Positions 20,061-25,525 of a stretch of DNA of 25,525 nucleotides are shown here, one piece after another. The position numbers were made by a program, and so were the translations under genes. Below the pieces are notes generated by a model that saw only the letters and a program-made list of their open reading frames with translations, did no database searches and had not been told where the DNA came from. Numbering within the stretch: the stretch's first letter is position 1; each line of letters opens with the position of its first letter. The stretch covers positions 1 to 25,525 of the forward strand of contig JBHJND010000458.1 in NCBI GenBank assembly GCA_048497655.1, in the 5' to 3' direction. This DNA comes from Caballeronia novacaledonica. GTDB taxonomy: Bacteria > Pseudomonadota > Gammaproteobacteria > Burkholderiales > Burkholderiaceae_F.

Positions 20061-21351
20061 CGGTGTTCCCCTCGGCGAAGGCGGCCTCGCAGTAGGCGAG
20101 ATAGAAGTTCCAGAGCCGGATGAAGCGCTCGTCGAAGCCCTGCGCGCGGACGCCGTCCAGCCGGCCGAGAAATCGCGCCCGCCAGCTGGCGAGCGTCTTC
20201 GCGTAGTGGCTGCCGAACGAGTGGGCGCCGGCCACGCGCAGCCCGGCGCGCGCCGCCAGCCGGCGGAAGCCGGCCGGGCAGGGCAGCATGCCGCCGGGGA
20301 AGATGTACTGCTGGACGAAGTCGCTGCCGCTGCGGTAGCGGTCGAACAGCCGGTCGGCGATCTCGATCGTCTGCACGCAGGCGCGGCCGCCCGGCTTCAG
20401 CGCGCGTGCCAGGGTGTCGAAGTACGACGGCCAGTACGCCTCGCCGACCGCCTCGAACATCTCGATCGAGGCGATGCCGTCGTACTGCTCGCGCTCGTCG
20501 CGGTAGTCCTGCAGTACCAGCTCGGCCGGCAGGTCGTGGCGCTCCAGCCGTGCCTGCGCGTACCGCAGCTGCGCCGGCGACAGCGTCAAGCCCTTGACCA
20601 GGTGGCCGGCGCGCGCCGCGGTCTCGGCGAAGCCGCCCCAGCCGCAGCCGATCTCCAGCACGCGGCTGCCGGGCGCGAGCCGCAGTTCGTCGAGCACGCG
20701 CCGGTACTTCGCCTGCTGCGCGGCGACCAGTTCCTGCTCGCCCGCCGCGGCGTGCAGGTCGACCGGCGCCGGCGCGAACAGCGCGCTCGAGTAGGTCATC
20801 GTCGGGTCGAGCCACAGCGCGTAGAAGTCGTTGCCGAGGTCGTAGTGGGCGTGGATGTTCTTCTTCGCCTGCTCCTTCGTGTTGCGGTTCAGCCAGTGCT
20901 TCAGGCGGTACGCCAGGCCGCCCCAGAACGAGCCGTAGATCATCGACTCGGCCGCGTCGCGGTTGCGGATGAAGAACCTGAGCACGCGCACCGGGTCGTC
21001 GGTGGTCCAGTCGCCGTCGACGTAGGCCTCGGCGAAACCGATGTCGCCGCTCCTGAGCGCCGAGTGCACCGGGCTCCAGTTGTGCAGGCGGACCTGCGCC
21101 TGCGGGCTGCCGGTGCCGAAGCGCGCCCGCTGGCCGTCGGGAAAGGCGATTTCCAGCGTGCCGGCGGAGAAGCGCTCGAGCAGGCGCAGCGCCCAGCGCG
21201 CCGACGCCGGGAATGCGGCGGTGTCGAGCGCCTGCGGCGACGGCGCCTGCGGCGCGGACGGTCCGCGCCGGGCGGCGTCGCCCGCCGCCTCGTGCGACTG
21301 GCGCAGGGCGCCCGACGGCGCGTACAGGGTGGAGGCGAGTTCGTGGTTCAT
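20029..21351 (-). CDS. Cyclopropane-fatty-acyl-phospholipid synthase family SAM methyltransferase (UfaM-like)
   Basis: NIHAHYDLGNDFYALWLDPTMTYSSA, VLEIGCGWGG, SIEMFEAVG, YIFPGGMLP, WNFYLAYCEAAF. ATGA overlap with DUF1365. Confidence 0.93.
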   Translation of the reverse strand: MNHELASTLYAPSGALRQSHEAAGDAARRGPSAPQAPSPQALDTAAFPASARWALRLLERFSAGTLEIAFPDGQRARFGTGSPQAQVRLHNWSPVHSALRSGDIGFAEAYVDGDWTTDDPVRVLRFFIRNRDAAESMIYGSFWGGLAYRLKHWLNRNTKEQAKKNIHAHYDLGNDFYALWLDPTMTYSSALFAPAPVDLHAAAGEQELVAAQQAKYRRVLDELRLAPGSRVLEIGCGWGGFAETAARAGHLVKGLTLSPAQLRYAQARLERHDLPAELVLQDYRDEREQYDGIASIEMFEAVGEAYWPSYFDTLARALKPGGRACVQTIEIADRLFDRYRSGSDFVQQYIFPGGMLPCPAGFRRLAARAGLRVAGAHSFGSHYAKTLASWRARFLGRLDGVRAQGFDERFIRLWNFYLAYCEAAFAEGNTDVTQYTLEKA

Positions 21352-22130
21352 CGGGTCACGTCGAGTGGGGGCGGTTCGGGCTTGGCGAAGAACGGCACGC
21401 GCTTGGCCCACAGCTTCAGCGCCTGCCAGTGGATGCGGGCCATCACGCCGAAGGTGAACGCCGGGTAGGCGAAGCGGGCGCGCAGCAGCTCGCGCTCGGT
21501 GAGCGGCAGCAGGCGGCCCTCGATCGAGGTCTGCAGCAGCGGGCCGTCGGCGCCGTCGTAGTCGATGCGGCTGACGAAGCGCTCGCCGTCGGCGCGGCTC
21601 GCCAGCATGAAGCGGAAGCGGTAGCGCCCTTCCACGGGGCAGAACGGCGAGACGTGGAAGACCTTGCGCGCCGTCATCTGCTCGCCCCAGGCCAGCGGCC
21701 GGCCGTCGTCGTGCGCCAGCAGGTAGCAGTGCCGCTCGCCGAAGGTGTTGCTGACCTCGCAAAGCACCGCCCGCAGCGCGCCGTCGCGGCGGTGGCAGAA
21801 CCAGAAGCTGACCGGGTTGAAGACGTAGCCGAGCACGCGCGGCAGCGTGTGCAGCCAGATCTCGCCGCCGGCATCGACGATGCCTTCGCGGCCGAGCAGC
21901 GAATCGATCCAGGCCAGGGGGTCGCCGCCGTCGCCGTGGTCGGCGTCGTGATACGACAGCCAGCCGAAGCGGTTGCGCGGCAGCCGCCGGAACGGCCACG
22001 GCTGCGCCGACAGCGTGCGCAGCGGCAGGCGCAGGAAGAAGCTGCGGTAGTCGAACGCATGCCGTGCCGGCCGCAGCCGCGTATGGCGGACATGGCCCAC
22101 GCCGATGCTGGGGACCGAAGGCGGGGACAT
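21348..22130 (-). CDS. DUF1365 protein (UfaO-like)
   Basis: GHVRHTRLRPARHAFDY, PRVLGYVFNPVSFWFC, EVSNTFGERHCY, KVFHVSPF, ARIHWQALKLWAK. Start at ATG 22130. Confidence 0.92.
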   Translation of the reverse strand: MSPPSVPSIGVGHVRHTRLRPARHAFDYRSFFLRLPLRTLSAQPWPFRRLPRNRFGWLSYHDADHGDGGDPLAWIDSLLGREGIVDAGGEIWLHTLPRVLGYVFNPVSFWFCHRRDGALRAVLCEVSNTFGERHCYLLAHDDGRPLAWGEQMTARKVFHVSPFCPVEGRYRFRFMLASRADGERFVSRIDYDGADGPLLQTSIEGRLLPLTERELLRARFAYPAFTFGVMARIHWQALKLWAKRVPFFAKPEPPPLDVTR

Positions 22131-22171
22131 GGGCTCGAAAGGTCGCGGTCGAACGTGACGTGGATGATGAC

Positions 22172-23464
22172 CTACGCGGCCATCAGTTGCGGGCGGCGCG
22201 CCAGCGCGGACAGCGCCCCGGCCACCGCCAGGCCCGACTTCAGGCCGTCCTCGTGGAAGCCGTAGCCGGTCCAGGCGCCGGCCAGCCACACGCGCCGCCG
22301 TCCCTGCACGTCGGCCAGCCGCTTCTGCGCCTCGATCATGCGCGCATCGAAGATCGGGTGCGAATAGTCGAATTCCCCGATCACCGACTCCGGCGCCGGC
22401 TCGACGATCGGGTTGAGGCCGACGAACACCGGCGTACGGAACGGCAGCGGCTGCAGCCTGTTCAGCAGGTAGGTCACCGACACGGCGGGATCGTCGCCGC
22501 CGTCGCTCATGTAGTTCCACGCCGACCACACCTTGCGCAGCCGCGGCATCAGTTGCGCATCGGTGTGCAGCACCGCCCGGTTCGGCTGGTAGGTCCCGGC
22601 GAGCAGGCCGCGCTCCGCCTCGTCGGCGTCGGCCAGCAGCGCCGCCGACTGGTCGCTGTGGCAGGCGAGCACCACGTGGTCGAAGGCCTCGACGCCGCGC
22701 GCGGTGCGGACGCCGACCTTGCCGGCTGCCTCGTTGCGGCGGATCTCCAGCACCGGCGTGGCCAGCCGCAGGTCGGGCAGCCGGGCGGCGATCTTCCGCA
22801 CGTACTGCCGCGCGCCGCCGGCTACCGTGAACCACTGCGGTCGGTCGTCGATCTGCAGCAGGCCGTGGTTGTGGCAGAAGCGGACGAAGGTGGCGAGCGG
22901 ATAGCCCAGCATGGTCCGCATCGGGCACGACCAGATCGCCGCCGCCATCGGCAGCAGGTACCAGCGGCGGAAGTTCTCGCCGTAGCGGCGCCGGTCGAGG
23001 AACTCGCCGAGCGTCTGCTCGCCGGCGGCCTCGGCCCCCTGCGCGATGCGCGTGGCCTGCCGGTTGAAGCGCAGGATGTCGGCCAGCATGGCGAGGAAGC
23101 GCGGCGAGGCCAGGTTGCGGCGCTGCGCGAACACGCCCGCCAGGTCGGTGCCGGCCCACTCGATGCGGCGGCCGCCGGCGGCCGGCACGCTGACGGCGAA
23201 CGACATGTCGCTTTTCGCGGTCGGCACGTCGAGCTCAGCGAGCAGCCGGATCAGGTTCGGGTAGGTGCGCTCGTTGAAGACGAGGAAGCCGGTGTCGACC
23301 GGGTGCTCGATGCCGTCGAGCCGCACGTCGACGGTGTTGGTGTGGCCGCCGAGCCGCGGCTCGGCCTCGAACACGGTGACCTGCAGGCCGTGCTGCCGCT
23401 CGGCGAGCAGCGCGTGTGCGCAGCCGAGCCCGGAGATGCCGCTGCCGACGATGGCGACTTTCAT
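22172..23464 (-). CDS. FAD-dependent oxidoreductase / amine oxidase family (UfaD-like fatty acid desaturase)
   Basis: VAIVGSGISG, RLGGHTNT, VDTGFLVFNERTYPN, FCHNHGLL, WSAWNY, GAWTGYGFHEDG. Confidence 0.92.
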   Translation of the reverse strand: MKVAIVGSGISGLGCAHALLAERQHGLQVTVFEAEPRLGGHTNTVDVRLDGIEHPVDTGFLVFNERTYPNLIRLLAELDVPTAKSDMSFAVSVPAAGGRRIEWAGTDLAGVFAQRRNLASPRFLAMLADILRFNRQATRIAQGAEAAGEQTLGEFLDRRRYGENFRRWYLLPMAAAIWSCPMRTMLGYPLATFVRFCHNHGLLQIDDRPQWFTVAGGARQYVRKIAARLPDLRLATPVLEIRRNEAAGKVGVRTARGVEAFDHVVLACHSDQSAALLADADEAERGLLAGTYQPNRAVLHTDAQLMPRLRKVWSAWNYMSDGGDDPAVSVTYLLNRLQPLPFRTPVFVGLNPIVEPAPESVIGEFDYSHPIFDARMIEAQKRLADVQGRRRVWLAGAWTGYGFHEDGLKSGLAVAGALSALARRPQLMAA

Positions 23465-23582
23465 TTGCGAACCTCGATCGCGCGCGTGGCGCGCAGGGAT
23501 GCGACGCCGGCCGCGGTGTCAGAACCGCCTGCGCGTCCGATAGAAAGGCAGTGGGGCGCCGCTGACGGACGCCCGGCGGCGA

Positions 23583-24386
23583 CTAGGTCGCCTTGCGCTT
23601 GTCGAACTCGACCATCGCATAGGCCGAGTGATTGTGGATCGCCTCGAAGTTCTCCGACTCCACGGTGTAGGCGAGCACGCGCTCGTCGGCATTCAGCGCC
23701 AGCGCCACGTCGCGCACCACGTCCTCGACGAACTTCGGGTTGTCGTAGGCCCGCTCGGTCACGTACTTCTCGTCGGGGCGCTTGAGCAGCGCCCACATCT
23801 CGCTGGAGGCGGCCGTCTCCGCGATCCGCACCTGCTCCTCGACCGTCATCGGCGCGCCAAGCTCGACGCCGATCACGATGTGCGCCCGCTGGTTGTGCGC
23901 TCCGTAGTCGGAGATCTTCTTGCTGCACGGGCACAGGCTGGTCACCGGCACGGTCACCGTCTGCAGCACCCGCACGCCGGATTCGCCGGCCTCGGCGCGC
24001 AGCGTCAGCTGGTAGTCCATCAGGCTGCGCACGCCGGAAACCGGCGCCGACTTCATGATGAAGTACGGCAGCCGCAGCTCGATCTCGCCGCGCGTGGCCT
24101 CCAGCCGCGCCAGCATCGACGCCATCAGGGTGCGCATCGAGGCGGCCGACAGCGGCTCGCCGTGGGCACTGAGCACCTCGATGAAGCGCGACATGTGGGT
24201 GCCCTTCATCTGCGCCGGCAGCCCGACGAACATGTCGACCGAGGCCACCGACGGCTGGCTGCCGGTGGCGGTGGCCACCTGCACCGGATGGCTCAGCGAG
24301 CGGACGCCGACGCGGGCGATCGCGACGTTGCGCAGGTCGTGGCTCGCTTGCACGTCGGGGAGGAACATCGGGTCGGGCGCGTTCAT
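23583..24386 (-). CDS. folE2: GTP cyclohydrolase IB
   Basis: PDVQ, KGTHMSRF, VTSLCPCSKKISDYGAHNQR, AYDNPKFVEDVVR, ENFEAIHNHSAYA. Confidence 0.96.
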   Translation of the reverse strand: MNAPDPMFLPDVQASHDLRNVAIARVGVRSLSHPVQVATATGSQPSVASVDMFVGLPAQMKGTHMSRFIEVLSAHGEPLSAASMRTLMASMLARLEATRGEIELRLPYFIMKSAPVSGVRSLMDYQLTLRAEAGESGVRVLQTVTVPVTSLCPCSKKISDYGAHNQRAHIVIGVELGAPMTVEEQVRIAETAASSEMWALLKRPDEKYVTERAYDNPKFVEDVVRDVALALNADERVLAYTVESENFEAIHNHSAYAMVEFDKRKAT

Positions 24387-24405
24387 CGGTGAATCCTGAA
24401 TTGTC

Positions 24406-24448
24406 CCCGATCTCGCCGCCCGCCGCGCCGGCGGCGGGCCGCATCGGG
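24406..24448. other. Intergenic stem-loop between gpx and folE2
   Basis: GCCCGCCGC (24418-24426) / GCGGCGGGC (24431-24439) stem plus outer CCCGAT (24406-24411) / ATCGGG (24443-24448) stem. Confidence 0.35.
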
Positions 24449-24487
24449 CACGCGCAGACTCCCACGTGGCGCTCGCCGCCGCTCACA

Positions 24488-25139
24488 TCAACCCCGCGGC
24501 TCAACGGGTTGCCAACAACTGCTCGATGCGGCCGGTGAGCCGCCGATCGAGCGGATCGACTGCGCTCGGGAACGATGCCACCGCGCGCCCCTGCCGGTCG
24601 ACCAGGTACTTGTGGAAGTTCCACTTCGGCGCCTCGCCGGTTTCCCGGGCCAGCGCCGCGAAGAACGGGTTGGCAGTCTGCCCGACGACCCCCGATTTCG
24701 CAAACATCGGGAAGCGCACGCCGTAGACGTCGAAGCACTGCTCGGCGATGCCCTTGTTGTCCTTCGGTTCCTGGCGGAAGTCCGCCGACGGAAAGCCGAC
24801 GATCACCAGCCCGCGCGACGCAAAGCGCTCGTGCAGTTTCTGCAGGCCCTCGTACTGCGGCGTGTAGCCGCAGGCGCTGGCGGTGTTGACCGCCAGCACC
24901 ACCTTGCCGGCGAACTGGCAAAGGCTCTGCGGCTGGTCGTCCTGCAGGCGGGGCAGGGTGTAGTTCAGCAGCGCCGGGCAGCTCTGCGCAGGAGCTGCGG
25001 CGACCCGGTTTGTCCAGTCGGCGGCGAACGCGATCGCCAGCATCGATCCGGCCCCGATGACGACAGTGCGCCGCTGAGCAAGACAGTCGCTAGGTGAAGG
25101 AGCCGGCACGGTGTTAGCGTTCACTTTCTCAATTTTCAT
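24488..25139 (-). CDS. Cys-type glutathione peroxidase family protein with N-terminal export signal
   Basis: VNTASACGYTPQYEGL (TGC Cys), GFPSADF, EQCFDVYGVRFPM, PKWNFHKYLVDR. Start at 25139 or 25043. Confidence 0.9.
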
Positions 25140-25242
25140 TTTGTGGACTTGACTTTCGTCGCCGTACAGCAGGGTCCGGCGGGCGGAAGAACTTGCTGAA
25201 CAATCAAGAAAATGTCCTAGTCAAAACATTGACGTTGTCGCT

Positions 25243-25270
25243 ATCATAAGAAAGTTTGTGAAAAAGTCAA
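25243..25270 (-). promoter_or_regulatory. Candidate sigma70 promoter for the gpx-folE2-ufa cluster
   Basis: Minus strand TTGACT (25270-25265), 16 nt, TATGAT (25248-25243), within a markedly AT-rich intergenic island. Confidence 0.65.
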
Positions 25271-25273
25271 AGG

Positions 25274-25288
25274 TTTGTCTATGACAAA
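25274..25288. promoter_or_regulatory. Inverted repeat, candidate operator
   Basis: TTTGTC-TAT-GACAAA perfect inverted repeat, 3 nt upstream of the -35 of the cluster promoter. Confidence 0.5.
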
Positions 25289-25366
25289 TTCAAGAGTGCC
25301 AGTCGGGCTGGACGAACGCGAAGACTTGGCTCGGCAACCGGGAACGCCGACCGTGCCGTGCCGGCG

Positions 25367-25525
25367 ATGAGCGTGGAAGCCGAACAGAAGCAGGTCAGCC
25401 TGGCCATTGCCTCGGTCGAGCGCGACACCGGGCTGTCGAAGGACACCCTGCGCGTATGGGAGCGGCGCTACGGCTTTCCTGTCCCGGCGCGCGACGCGCT
25501 GGGCGAACGCCTCTACCCGCTCGAG
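25367..25525 (+). CDS. litR: MerR-family regulator, LitR/CarH type (N-terminal HTH only; runs off the right edge)
   Basis: Manual translation: [53 protein letters not shown]. The TLRxWERRYG-x-x-P-x-R motif is characteristic of CarH/CarA/LitR. Divergent from folE2 and the ufa-like genes. The effector domain is outside the window. Confidence 0.8.
   Translation, partial: MSVEAEQKQVSLAIASVERDTGLSKDTLRVWERRYGFPVPARDALGERLYPLE

Noticed and set aside
22590-22620. FAD oxidoreductase segment ERGLLAGTYQPN seems one residue shorter than I recall for homologues
   Set aside because: The frame is intact and I cannot verify the alignment; this is within normal loop variation.
24868-24885. Possible selenocysteine in the glutathione peroxidase
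   Set aside because: The catalytic codon is TGC (Cys); there is no in-frame TGA.

Overview
A very GC-rich chromosomal window whose gene content and order point to a betaproteobacterium (Burkholderiales-like); the taxon is inferred, not searched. The left two-thirds is mostly core genome: partial isovaleryl-CoA dehydrogenase, PaaI thioesterase, DUF4870-like membrane protein, recQ, TerB-like protein, a degenerate class III nucleotidyl-cyclase-like ORF coupled to an MBL hydrolase, metC, and the argS-SPOR(ftsN-like)-dsbA-SDR block. It also holds two tandem secreted hypothetical proteins that share a 21-aa C-terminal motif, a class 3 asparaginase and DoxX. The right third is a long minus-strand cluster: gpx, folE2, FAD oxidoreductase, DUF1365, CFA-synthase-like methyltransferase, chalcone-isomerase-like protein, MFS, DUF3833 lipoprotein, SDR, SnoaL and a diiron desaturase-like protein. 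It is transcribed divergently from a LitR/CarH-type MerR regulator across an AT-rich operator region, and resembles the light/singlet-oxygen-responsive furan fatty acid (ufaM/D/O) module. Two otherwise intact genes (SPOR and MFS) are each interrupted by one in-frame TAG. I saw no tRNA, rRNA, CRISPR array or mobile element.
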